Shown: one piece after another, positions 10,321 through 19,738 of the stretch | How the letters are laid out: each line of letters starts with the position of its first letter | How positions within the stretch are numbered: the first letter of the stretch is position 1 | Assembly: GCA_030765585.1 (NCBI GenBank) | Contig: JAVCCJ010000090.1 | Span: 1-37,923, forward strand | DNA length: 37,923 bases | Reading direction: 5' to 3' | Source: Candidatus Zapsychrus exili | GTDB taxonomy: Bacteria > Omnitrophota > Gorgyraeia > Zapsychrales > Zapsychraceae | Program-made: the position numbers and the translations under genes | Notes under the pieces: model-generated | Told to the model about the DNA's origin: nothing | Databases searched by the model: none | Seen by the model: the letters and a program-made list of their open reading frames with translations, nothing else

Positions 10321-10408
10321 AGAACAGATCTATTTCCATAAACTATTGCAAACAAACATTATAAGTATTCGCTATATTGAGCTTGTGGCAGATTTGTGGC
10401 GAAATTCT

Positions 10409-11752
10409 TTATTCAATAACGCGTAACTTAACATCAATATTTCCAACTGGGACAAAATGATAACTCTTCTTCTTATGAATCTTTTCAAATAATCCTTTTA
10501 AATGTAAATCTAATAAATCAGATCTAGCTGTTTCATATGCGCAATTATATCTATTTTTATAATATTGAATGCTGTAAGAAATATCTGGATGTTGCAGTGC
10601 ATGATTCAGTATATCTTGTTGACGAAAACTTAATCCTGGATATCTGCTAAGAAAACTTTTTGTTTTTCTATATTCCTTTTGCTGCTTAACAATATAATTA
10701 TTCAAAGACTCCATTGCCAGCTTTATAACTTTTAAATTAAAAACAATAAAATATGTTAAATCATTATCATCCATTTCAGAATAAAGATATGCTCTTGCAT
10801 ATTGAGCAGGGGCTTTCAATATAATCCTTGATATAGTTAAATTCTCAAACATCCAATATCCCTTCTTAAGAATATACCAATAAAACAATGTCCTCGCTGT
10901 ACGACCATTTCCATCAGGAAAAGGGTGTATATACGCTAACCAAAAATGTAAAATAATTGCCTTAATAACTGGATGTATAAAATCTTCAGAATCTTCAGAA
11001 TCTTCTTTATTAACAAATGCACATAGCTCCTTCAATCGATCTTCTATTTCTATATAATTTGGTGGCACAAACAAAAGGATCCCCTGGTCATCTTTAACAA
11101 CATATTCTTCTTTTTCATCTCTAAATTCGCCAGGAGCCTGATCTTTCTCCAATGTATCTTTTGTAATCAATATTTGCATATCTTTAATCATGGAAATAGA
11201 CAAATCTTGATCTAAGTATTCCTTGACTTTTTTTATTGCAATATAATTATTAATGACCATCTTTTCCGCTTTACCTCTTGGTTTTCTCCCCTCCCTCAAC
11301 ATTTCCTTTGCCTTTTTTCGAGTTGTAGCGGCTCCTTCTAATTGACTCGACGCAATAGCCTCTTCCATTAGAGAACTTACTAAATATTTTTCTGTATCTA
11401 AACCAACATTAACATCGTCAACCAAAATTTTTCCACCTGCATTCTTATCAATAAAATGAAGATCCCTCAAAATTGTATTTTGTAACAAATAAACAAACTG
11501 TTCGTTCTTCTTATCTTTAACAGCGCATTTTTTATACTGCGTATATCTATTAAACTTTAATGCCCCCCAAGCAATCTTTTGATCAATTCCTTCAGGAATA
11601 TCATAATATTTAAACCTATCCCAATAAACATATTCACTATTTGCTTTTTGAAGTAAATCACGAAAATCACTATTGTTAATAAAACTTGTGATATCGTTTG
11701 ATTTGTCTGTAAGAAAATTTATCCAATCTGGAGCCTTCTCAGGAATTTTCAT
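10409..11752 (-). CDS. Fic-domain AMPylase with internal inhibitory helix and C-terminal wHTH
   Basis: HPFPDGNGRTAR canonical Fic motif; SSQLEG inhibitory motif; TARSDL..L..KG wHTH. Confidence 0.93.
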   Translation of the reverse strand: MKIPEKAPDWINFLTDKSNDITSFINNSDFRDLLQKANSEYVYWDRFKYYDIPEGIDQKIAWGALKFNRYTQYKKCAVKDKKNEQFVYLLQNTILRDLHFIDKNAGGKILVDDVNVGLDTEKYLVSSLMEEAIASSQLEGAATTRKKAKEMLREGRKPRGKAEKMVINNYIAIKKVKEYLDQDLSISMIKDMQILITKDTLEKDQAPGEFRDEKEEYVVKDDQGILLFVPPNYIEIEDRLKELCAFVNKEDSEDSEDFIHPVIKAIILHFWLAYIHPFPDGNGRTARTLFYWYILKKGYWMFENLTISRIILKAPAQYARAYLYSEMDDNDLTYFIVFNLKVIKLAMESLNNYIVKQQKEYRKTKSFLSRYPGLSFRQQDILNHALQHPDISYSIQYYKNRYNCAYETARSDLLDLHLKGLFEKIHKKKSYHFVPVGNIDVKLRVIE

Positions 11753-11784
11753 TTTGTGTATCCTTTTCCATATAATTTTAAAAA

Positions 11785-11919
11785 ACCTACTAATTTAGTA
11801 TTCATTAGTAGTTATTAGTAGTCACTCCCTTTGCTTAACTACTAATAAAGTATATATTAGTAATAACGAAATGTCAAGGACCTACTAATTTAGTATTCAT
11901 TAGTAGTCATTAGTAGTCA
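11785..11919 (-). promoter_or_regulatory. fic promoter bracketed by a 40-bp direct repeat
   Basis: TTGACA(11877-11872)-N17-TATACT. Repeats at 11785-11824 and 11880-11919 differ by one base. Confidence 0.75.
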
Positions 11920-11937
11920 TGGGGGCCAACCTTCAGG

Positions 11938-13125
11938 CTAGTCAGCTAATGGAATCTTGCTATAGCCTATTGATTTATGGCTACTTAAATACTGCCTACC
12001 GCTTGCTTGTGACACTGGTGTAGCGCTAAGCCTATCTAGCGCTCCAACAGCTTGCTTTTTATGATCACAACTAAGGTGAGAGTATCTCATAGTCATTTTA
12101 ATATCTTTATGCCCCAAAAGCTCTTTAACCGTGAATAAATCAACACCATTCATGACAAGTTGAGATGCAAATGTATGACGCAAATCATGAAACCTAAAAT
12201 TCTTGATATCTGACTTATCCAAAGCTGTTTTAAATGACCTTTTAATATTATCAAACGGCCTTCCTTTTTTACTTGGAAAAACATAAGGACTATCTGGGTC
12301 TTTTCGCACACGCAACAAAACACTTTCCACTGCCTGATTGATTGGAATATGTCTTATCTCATTATTCTTTGTTTTCAGAATTGTTATCATGCTATTCTTT
12401 AAGTCAACATCTCTCCATTTTAAATGAAAAATCTCACCTTGCCTCATTCCTGTATTAATAGCAAACTCAATAATATCTTTTAAATGTCCTTCACAATTTG
12501 ATAAAAATGTCACAATATCTTCTTTTTCTAAAAAACGTGTTCGCTTATTATCAGACTTATAAGACCTGATCCCTGATACAGGATTCTTACCTTCGAATAA
12601 TCCCCACTCAATTGCTTTATTCATCATTGCTCTAAGACAACCTACATTTTTGTTAACACTGGTTTTTGATACTTCCTTTAATCTATGAATCCTAAATTTT
12701 TCTACCTTTAAAGTGATGATATCTTTCAAATAACAATTACCAAAATAATTCCTGATATGCCTAAGATTATGTTTCTCTGACTTCCACCACGTTGGACGAT
12801 TAGGCTTAAGATAAAGCTCTACATATTGATCAATTAAATCATAAAGTTTTATTTTCGATTGCTTCTTAATATCCAAAAACTTATTTTCTGCTATTTCTGT
12901 CTTTCTTTTAATCAATGCATTCTGAGCAACCTTTTTATTAGCGCCAACTTTTTCTCTAAAGCGCCTACCATCAACAGAATAATCTATGCAATATATAGTA
13001 TTATTTTCATTAGACATAAAAACAGCTCTACAATGCTTACACTTAACTTTCTTAGAATCTTGATAAAACTCAAAATTCTTTTTACAAAAAATACAGCTTA
13101 TTCGTCTATAAATACCCTTGGACAT
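11938..13125 (-). CDS. Tyrosine recombinase/integrase
   Basis: TGMRQGE, KTKN, FHDLRHTFAS, LLGH..MTMRYSH catalytic set. Confidence 0.97.
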   Translation of the reverse strand: MSKGIYRRISCIFCKKNFEFYQDSKKVKCKHCRAVFMSNENNTIYCIDYSVDGRRFREKVGANKKVAQNALIKRKTEIAENKFLDIKKQSKIKLYDLIDQYVELYLKPNRPTWWKSEKHNLRHIRNYFGNCYLKDIITLKVEKFRIHRLKEVSKTSVNKNVGCLRAMMNKAIEWGLFEGKNPVSGIRSYKSDNKRTRFLEKEDIVTFLSNCEGHLKDIIEFAINTGMRQGEIFHLKWRDVDLKNSMITILKTKNNEIRHIPINQAVESVLLRVRKDPDSPYVFPSKKGRPFDNIKRSFKTALDKSDIKNFRFHDLRHTFASQLVMNGVDLFTVKELLGHKDIKMTMRYSHLSCDHKKQAVGALDRLSATPVSQASGRQYLSSHKSIGYSKIPLAD

Positions 13126-13334
13126 TTTACTCCCCTTTCATTTTCAGCAATCATTTCAACAGCATGATCGCTCATCCAATCATTAATAGTCTTCTCGTCA
13201 AATCGCAACAATCTGCCTAATTTTACATAAGGCATTCTTCTTTGCCATACCCAGGAATAAACAGTATTCTTACTTATACCCAAATATTGTGTTACTTCTT
13301 CAATGTCCATATATCGTCTTTTCGGAGCTATCAT
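13098..13334 (-). CDS. Excisionase-like HTH_17 DNA-binding protein
   Basis: MDIEEV..YLGISKNTVY.W...MPYVKLGRLLRF; overlaps the integrase start. Confidence 0.88.
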   Translation of the reverse strand: MIAPKRRYMDIEEVTQYLGISKNTVYSWVWQRRMPYVKLGRLLRFDEKTINDWMSDHAVEMIAENERGVKCPRVFIDE

Positions 13335-13404
13335 TGTTATCTCATTTCATAAGCTAAACATTAACCTATTACGAATATTTTATATATTCGCTTTTCCTTT
13401 GTTC

Positions 13405-15069
13405 CTATTCAAAGTTATTCCTATATAAATCCATACCAACAGACCGATATTTCTTTTCACAACAATTACCATCTAACAAATTAATAACACGAGGCTTAAA
13501 ATAACTAAAGTTTAAGCATTGATGCGTATTGTTTGCTCGACTAATATAATAACCTTGCCCATATGGATGCAGCCTCTTAATCGCATCAGGATGAAGAATA
13601 AACTCTTTAACATGCTTAAGAGAACTTTCTCCTGTATAAATCTGATTACCAAACTCTCCTTGTTTTTTTCTAAACGTTCTTTCTTCCTCATCACAAGTAC
13701 CAATACTCTTTGATATCATTTCACAAAGTAACGGATCAGTTTGCTTTAGAATAATCTTTATTAAAGTGTTTTCATCAATCCTTTTCATAAAACTTTCTGA
13801 GATCGCACTTAGATCGCTCAAACTCTGATGACCAATTGTAACCATCATTCCGCTACTTCTTGCTTTATTAAGAATTTCGACAAAAGACTCCTCAGCAAAA
13901 GCGCCATATTCATCTATCATAATACTTGCACGAGTTTTTCTGTCTATCACATCACTTTGAATTAAAGCAGAAACATATCTTAAATGAGCCTGTACCATTC
14001 GACCAATCTGCTTTGCTTTAATGGGGTAAGAGTTTGTAGGTAATTGAAAATAAACAATTTTTTTATCTCTAATGCAATCTGTCAAAACAATTCCTGCGTC
14101 CGCATCCTTAAACAAAGGATCATTAAAAGATTGCAAATAATTACTAAAGCCTGCTAACTCTCTCCTCCATGATACATTGCGAGTTTCCATCTTTCTTATC
14201 TCAACATCTAAAATCTTAAGATACTGATGAACTTCTGGATGATGCTTTAATGCAATCTCATTTACTTGTCGAAAAGACTCTTCACAGTTTAAATAAGCAT
14301 AAACATCCATAACCGTAAATGGAAACTTTATTCCGTGTAAAATCTTATACGCATTTCTAAAAAATGCTTCTGCTACATTGTAATAATATGGGTCGCCTGC
14401 ATCAAAATTACTCATAAAGGCATCAACAATAATATCTGGATCACACTCGCCAGCCTGCAAAGGATTAAATGTTTCAGACATTTCCTTATTAGCTAAAGAA
14501 AATAAAATAAAATCCTTCTCCCTACCTACTGATGTCAACAAAGATCTAAGTTGATCAGAAAAAGTTTTATCCCCTTTTCCATCAATAATAACTATTGGAA
14601 TATTCTTTTTTGCATCCTGCACTATAATTGATTGAAAAATAGAACTCTTTCCTGATCCTGTCATTCCAATTATTTGCATATGTTTTTGCCTGTCATCGTC
14701 AGAAACAATGGTGGCGTACTTATTTTTGCTATCTGCATTTAAGCCCAAGAAAGTATAACTATCAAATTCTGATGTTTTCATGTAATTACTTAAAGTGTTT
14801 TCTAAGGAATATGGATAATACGTATATTCATGCTTGGCTTTGTTCCCATAAAGGTTCAGTGAAATCTCCATCATCTTGTTTGTTAGCTTCTCCCAATAAT
14901 GCCCTAAGAACCGCTTAATCAACCAAAAAATTATCCAAACAATAATTATTTTGAAAGCAAAAGTAAAAATATCTATTAGTTCCAATCTTGAATGAAATAT
15001 CCCTCCTGACATTTTTTGAAACTCAGGAAAAATGGTAAAAATTATTTCTTTAATTCGATACGCTAACAT
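13405..15069 (-). CDS. Type IV coupling protein (VirD4/TraD-like ATPase)
   Basis: N-terminal TM; Walker A GMTGSGKS; IIDGKGD; FNPL; Walker B IMIDEY; KARSSG..QSLSDL. Confidence 0.9.
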   Translation of the reverse strand: MLAYRIKEIIFTIFPEFQKMSGGIFHSRLELIDIFTFAFKIIIVWIIFWLIKRFLGHYWEKLTNKMMEISLNLYGNKAKHEYTYYPYSLENTLSNYMKTSEFDSYTFLGLNADSKNKYATIVSDDDRQKHMQIIGMTGSGKSSIFQSIIVQDAKKNIPIVIIDGKGDKTFSDQLRSLLTSVGREKDFILFSLANKEMSETFNPLQAGECDPDIIVDAFMSNFDAGDPYYYNVAEAFFRNAYKILHGIKFPFTVMDVYAYLNCEESFRQVNEIALKHHPEVHQYLKILDVEIRKMETRNVSWRRELAGFSNYLQSFNDPLFKDADAGIVLTDCIRDKKIVYFQLPTNSYPIKAKQIGRMVQAHLRYVSALIQSDVIDRKTRASIMIDEYGAFAEESFVEILNKARSSGMMVTIGHQSLSDLSAISESFMKRIDENTLIKIILKQTDPLLCEMISKSIGTCDEEERTFRKKQGEFGNQIYTGESSLKHVKEFILHPDAIKRLHPYGQGYYISRANNTHQCLNFSYFKPRVINLLDGNCCEKKYRSVGMDLYRNNFE

Positions 15070-15805
15070 AACCGCCTCCTTCTAGATTACATACAACGTC
15101 ATCATATTTGAGAAGCTTAAAATATCTCCCACCTTGATTTAATAAAGCTCCTCCTCCAAACGTTGATTCTATAATTTTCCTTAATTCTTTTAAAATATGC
15201 TCATCTCTGCAAATATATAGAATGTTCCCCTCCTCAATATCTGCCCTATTTGCATAATATCGAAAAACTCTTTGATATCTCTCTCTATTTTTTAAACTAC
15301 GTTCATATTCCACAAAATACTTTTTTATCCTTCTTTCTTCTCTACTAAAAAATATGGCATCTGGAATACGTTTATAAGATATCTCAAATCGAGCCGAAAC
15401 AGGCAAAGCGCGTAAATAGTACTCAGAACACCACCTGACAATATTAAATTCTACTTTTTTCATAAATGCATGTCGAATCTTCGCTAAACATAAATCATGC
15501 TCAACTTGCCCATAATTAACTTTTTGAAGCTTAAATTGAGGAAAATCAGGATAAAAACGTTGGATTAAAGCATAAATATCAGGATTATCAATAAACCAAA
15601 CGCTCTTTACTCCTAACTTAAAGCACTTTAACCCACATTTATACAAAAACACCCTAAAAGACTCGTTTTTAGCCCTACTTTGAACAAAATTCTTAATATC
15701 GCCTGTCATAGCAAAACGATGTTCTGCCATATACCTTAAAACTTCTATTTTTTGTGGCATTGCTTGGTAAACATCTATTCCATATTTTAAGTACTCTTGC
15801 TTCAT
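15050..15805 (-). CDS. Replication-relaxation (Replic_Relax/MOBL-like) PD-(D/E)xK protein
   Basis: N-terminal wHTH-like region, EHDL, IPDAIF, FVEYERSLK..RY; coupled to the T4CP gene. Start revised to MKQEY (15805). Confidence 0.7.
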   Translation of the reverse strand: MKQEYLKYGIDVYQAMPQKIEVLRYMAEHRFAMTGDIKNFVQSRAKNESFRVFLYKCGLKCFKLGVKSVWFIDNPDIYALIQRFYPDFPQFKLQKVNYGQVEHDLCLAKIRHAFMKKVEFNIVRWCSEYYLRALPVSARFEISYKRIPDAIFFSREERRIKKYFVEYERSLKNRERYQRVFRYYANRADIEEGNILYICRDEHILKELRKIIESTFGGGALLNQGGRYFKLLKYDDVVCNLEGGGYVSVSN

Positions 15806-15811
15806 GTAAAA

Positions 15812-15986
15812 AGTATGCCATACAAGGTGACAGTTGTCAATAAAAACCATACATTACTGTCGCTTCTATACTATCAATGATACCTAAGACTATACGGCGT
15901 AACAGCTTACGAACGCGACAGTTTGTCTAACTTTTCTTACGCTACTGTCGCTTTTCTATTGACTTATCAAAATATTGGATTACACT
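15812..15986. promoter_or_regulatory. Divergent promoters with repeated GACAGT operator motifs
   Basis: Minus strand TTGACA-N17-CATACT; plus strand TTGACT-N16-TACACT. GCGACAGT/ACTGTCGC copies near 15827, 15856, 15915 and 15944. Confidence 0.6.
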
Positions 15987-16022
15987 TATATTACAAGACA
16001 ACAATCTAAGGATAAATTGAAA

Positions 16023-16586
16023 ATGAAATTAGGCGATAAAATCAAGAAATTAATTGCAGAAAGTGAATATAAGAATTTAAGAACGATTCACAGGGCAATC
16101 ATAAATAAATTTGGAAACGAGCATGCTATATCCTACAGAACGCTCCTAAGAACAACTCAGGGAGATTTTAAAGCAAAAGAAAAAACATTGTTTCAACTTA
16201 GCACATTGCTAAGACTAAAAAATTCCGAAATAAGAAAAGGTACAGATCAGGAAGAATCATCAATCAAGTTCTACTCTTTTAATAAAGATTCAAAGCTATA
16301 TCAATTGGACTCTGGACTTCCAGTTTGCACAACAAAAATAATTATCAAAAAAGATGGCCAAACAACAGAAGAGCAAGATACAGATAAAAATGCTCAAATA
16401 AAATTTGTATATATTCTGTCAGGAGAAATTGAAATAATAATTGAAAAGGAATTCGAAATAGAAAGAAAGCATCTTAAAAAAGATGAATACTTCTCTTTCA
16501 ATTCAATACATGCCCACCACTACAAAAATACATCATCAAAACGTACAACAAAGTTCTTAATAATACAAACCAACCAATACCTCTAA
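16023..16586 (+). CDS. XRE-like HTH + cupin transcriptional regulator
   Basis: MKLGDKIKKL HTH start; FVYILSGEI and FNSIHAHHYKN cupin motifs. Confidence 0.8.
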   Translation: MKLGDKIKKLIAESEYKNLRTIHRAIINKFGNEHAISYRTLLRTTQGDFKAKEKTLFQLSTLLRLKNSEIRKGTDQEESSIKFYSFNKDSKLYQLDSGLPVCTTKIIIKKDGQTTEEQDTDKNAQIKFVYILSGEIEIIIEKEFEIERKHLKKDEYFSFNSIHAHHYKNTSSKRTTKFLIIQTNQYL

Positions 16587-16627
16587 AACCCTACCCTCTA
16601 CACTATATACTCAAAATAATCTATTAT

Positions 16628-16732
16628 TCTCAACACGATGTTCAAGACCACTACCTCTCATATAAATATATTGTTGGGAGGGAGTGGTCTTGAACTTTCA
16701 GAACCGCTTGCGGTGATGACAACGTGTTGAGA
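16628..16732. other. Branched stem-loop (candidate oriT or ncRNA)
   Basis: Perfect 10-bp and 13-bp inverted-repeat pairs plus a small ACCGC-TT-GCGGT hairpin. Confidence 0.55.
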
Positions 16733-17002
16733 TACAATAAGTTACAGCTCTACCTTTAATACAAACCCATATACAAGCTGTATATAAATCTGTATATAAA
16801 TTAGATCTTCATTTCAAACATACTCCTCTCCCCTTTCTTGCCGCTCAAGTTTAATTCTTATTTCTCCTACCGCACAAAAAGCTATGTCAAGGCAGCCGCT
16901 TCGCTAGACCACCATTAACATTAGAAGAAATCAGAATTGCGCTTCTTTTGTCAAGAAAGGGAATAGCCCTTTTAAACATTAACGACAAAAAGGAGGTTTG
17001 CG

Positions 17003-17356
17003 ATGAAAGTAAACGTTTTGTTAATTTTACACGGAGAGAAAATACAGGATATCAATATTCTATTAGATGAAGATATTGAAGTGTTTTTAAAAGAAAAGTG
17101 CAGCATGCACAGAGACACGTTAAGCTCATCAGAATGGAAAAACTTCATTAACTATTGTGCAGAAAAAGTCCGACACAACAAACTAATAAGAAATTTGATA
17201 TTCGATATAATTAGAAATGATGTTGAAGAAGCGGTAAAACAATATAAAAGCAGAAATGATTTGAAGAAAACCCAATCTACAAAACAAAGTATCGATCATT
17301 ATTTCTTTGCATTTAATGGTGGGACAATACTTAACAATGAACCAATTAACAAATAG
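17003..17356 (+). CDS. Hypothetical protein
   Basis: Strong AAGGAGGT RBS; the 3' end overlaps the convergent gene by 58 bp. Confidence 0.6.
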   Translation: MKVNVLLILHGEKIQDINILLDEDIEVFLKEKCSMHRDTLSSSEWKNFINYCAEKVRHNKLIRNLIFDIIRNDVEEAVKQYKSRNDLKKTQSTKQSIDHYFFAFNGGTILNNEPINK

Positions 17357-18375
17357 GTATCTAAAACGCAAATATTAACATCGATTAATTCCATTTCGTT
17401 CTTAGCCCCTTGTGACAAAATATCGTTCAGATCATAAATTCTGTTTGACAAATCTTTCAGGCGTGATTTGAGCAATTTCTTCTTATTGCCCTTAAACTGA
17501 GAATCAATAAAAGCTAACAATCTATTTTTATACTTATCTTCTGTAACAGATATTACAGTTTTATCGCTTAATTTTATTGTCTCATTCTTAGCAGGGTAGA
17601 CATAATCAGCAAAACCTTTTAGAATATTTCTGCAAGAAGATAAAGCCTGCGACCATTCTTCAGGATTTTTTGATTTTAGCCTGTCATAGGCAGCAAGAAA
17701 CTTTTTAATAGCATCTGGACAAATCGATAATAATTTTTGATCTACTAACTCTTTTGTAGATTGAAAAACAGATTCAGTAATTGTTTCAAATTTGAGTTGA
17801 AGATTTATATTAAGAACGTAATCATAAACATTGTTCCGAATCTTACTAATTAAACTTTTTTTGTCCTTAATTATATTCATTATATAATTTCTTTGAGTTG
17901 TCAAAACATTTAGAACGTCCTGATATCTCTCAACAACAGTTTCGCCGGAAGTAGACCCAGTATAAATACTTTCATAAGAATGTTTTCTAATTGCAGGCGT
18001 GAATTGAGAAGGTGTTTTTAAGTTTTCTAAAGCTTTTAAATTATTATCTACCATTGCTTCAAGTTCGACTATAGATTCAATCCAATAGCGCTCATCGCTT
18101 TTCTTTGTAACAGAATCCTGTACAACAGTGGTTCTTCCGGCTCTCTTAGCACAAACAAAAAGTTCACTTAATTCTATTCCGTTTGGAATGCTTGTGTCCT
18201 TATAACCATGAAGTTCAAGAGTAAACCAATTAAGAGCTTTGTAATCATTGCGCATTCTTGCTAATTTCTTACATTTTGTAATAATTTTATCTAAAGGCAC
18301 ATCACCAGCTTCAAGACTAAACAAAAGCTCTTCTGAAACGGCTAAAATCTGTTCAGTTAACATATTTTTCTCCAC
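17299..18375 (-). CDS. AbiTii-domain protein (candidate abortive-infection effector)
   Basis: N-terminal KCKKLARM..W..LEL.GY AbiTii-like signature; C-terminal EEWSQAL.SCR.IL..FAD..YP and YKNRL helical domain. Confidence 0.7.
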   Translation of the reverse strand: MEKNMLTEQILAVSEELLFSLEAGDVPLDKIITKCKKLARMRNDYKALNWFTLELHGYKDTSIPNGIELSELFVCAKRAGRTTVVQDSVTKKSDERYWIESIVELEAMVDNNLKALENLKTPSQFTPAIRKHSYESIYTGSTSGETVVERYQDVLNVLTTQRNYIMNIIKDKKSLISKIRNNVYDYVLNINLQLKFETITESVFQSTKELVDQKLLSICPDAIKKFLAAYDRLKSKNPEEWSQALSSCRNILKGFADYVYPAKNETIKLSDKTVISVTEDKYKNRLLAFIDSQFKGNKKKLLKSRLKDLSNRIYDLNDILSQGAKNEMELIDVNICVLDTYLLIGSLLSIVPPLNAKK

Positions 18376-18385
18376 TCTTCTACTG

Positions 18386-19222
18386 CTACTTGTTTTCTTT
18401 AACTATTTTATAAAACTTATTCATTTTTAATAAACTGTTACGAACCTCTTTTAAATCTTTAAATCCTCCAATATTTCCATCTACTATAATTTTGCTCTCC
18501 AATATTCTAGAAAGCATCTGCAATTCATCAATTAAAACATAATACTGTCCTATATCCTTATCTTCCTTATCAATCTTTTCTATATAATTGTTAAAAAACC
18601 CCTCAGCTGATACCTTTAAATCGCCACTCAAAAAGAATTTTATACCTACGCACAAATCTATTTCAAAAAAGCTTGATGCTATATCTATCTTTGCAAATAA
18701 AAGTTGCGCTATATCATAATAAACTTTTTCATCTGAACCCAAAAGAGTTAAAATTCTTTGAAACGGAGAAACATTTAAGAACCTTTGATCATACTTCATA
18801 AAAAAAGTGCTGCTATACTCAGATGGATCCATATTGATACCCAATGTTTGTTTCTGACGAAAGTTCTTCAACATTTGCAACGAGTTAGCCCAATTCCTTC
18901 TATATACAGCTAAAGCACTCTCAATGCCTTCAATGGCAAGATTTATTCCGTTTTCAACATATCTAGCTGTTAATTGTTCGATTCGTCTTTGAGCGATATA
19001 CTTCTCTAATCCAAACCTATATGCGATCCAAGCTGTAAATATAATAGAAACGAATGTTGTTGCAAATTGTCCTAAAAACTTCACAACTCCTATTTTCTGA
19101 GATTGATTGAAATGGATTGGAAAGATCCTGCTTGCAAGAAATGTTAGAATTATTGTTAACAAATAAAATAATACTTTTATCTTATTTAATCTTTGTGCCC
19201 ATTCTTTAATCTTATTTAACAT
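18386..19222 (-). CDS. Hypothetical protein, 2 N-terminal TM helices plus helical domain
   Basis: GAGG RBS; 10-bp gap to the AbiTii-like gene. Confidence 0.7.
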   Translation of the reverse strand: MLNKIKEWAQRLNKIKVLFYLLTIILTFLASRIFPIHFNQSQKIGVVKFLGQFATTFVSIIFTAWIAYRFGLEKYIAQRRIEQLTARYVENGINLAIEGIESALAVYRRNWANSLQMLKNFRQKQTLGINMDPSEYSSTFFMKYDQRFLNVSPFQRILTLLGSDEKVYYDIAQLLFAKIDIASSFFEIDLCVGIKFFLSGDLKVSAEGFFNNYIEKIDKEDKDIGQYYVLIDELQMLSRILESKIIVDGNIGGFKDLKEVRNSLLKMNKFYKIVKENK

Positions 19223-19291
19223 ATTTTACCTCACTTAGCAGTTGATATAAATTCTCCGCTAAAGTTTCCTTTGGTATAAACTCTTCGTATA

Positions 19292-19738
19292 CTATTTTGT
19301 TTTATCAATCATTTTGGTATCTTCTTCTACAGCAGCAAGAGTACATACCACGCAAATAAAAACAACAAGGCCTAAGAATCCAGCTAGAGCTCCAAGCCCT
19401 TGCCTCAATTCACCCTCTGCTTTCATAAGCGCTAAGATACATAGCCCTAAAGAAAATAACATAATTACAAGTACTTTAAATGCACTTGAGAATGCACGCT
19501 CCAAATTATTGTTTATTTTTCTTCCTAACAAAGAAACTATAATAACAAAAAAAGAAAAGAAAAGTAAAAAAAGACCCGCACTGCCAGACGTTATCTTTCC
19601 AGAACCAAAAAGTGTTTGAATGCTAATACTACCTAAAGCTTGAATATCTTTTGAAAGTAAAAATACTCCTAAAAGTGCTAAAATAAACCCTATAATCAAA
19701 CCCACTAATTTAATTATGTGCGTTGGCTCCCATTTCAT
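19292..19738 (-). CDS. Hypothetical 4-TM membrane protein
   Basis: Four hydrophobic segments; GGGG RBS. Confidence 0.65.
   Translation of the reverse strand: MKWEPTHIIKLVGLIIGFILALLGVFLLSKDIQALGSISIQTLFGSGKITSGSAGLFLLFFSFFVIIVSLLGRKINNNLERAFSSAFKVLVIMLFSLGLCILALMKAEGELRQGLGALAGFLGLVVFICVVCTLAAVEEDTKMIDKTK

Noticed and set aside
9992..10339. 115-aa minus-strand ORF
   Set aside because: It reads through the tRNA fragment and terminator and is antisense to a real gene.
16628..16732. Retron msr/msd or DGR hairpin
   Set aside because: No reverse transcriptase in the window and no TR/VR pair seen.
16778..16801. LexA SOS box
   Set aside because: The CTGT half-sites are direct repeats; there is no CTG-N10-CAG palindrome.
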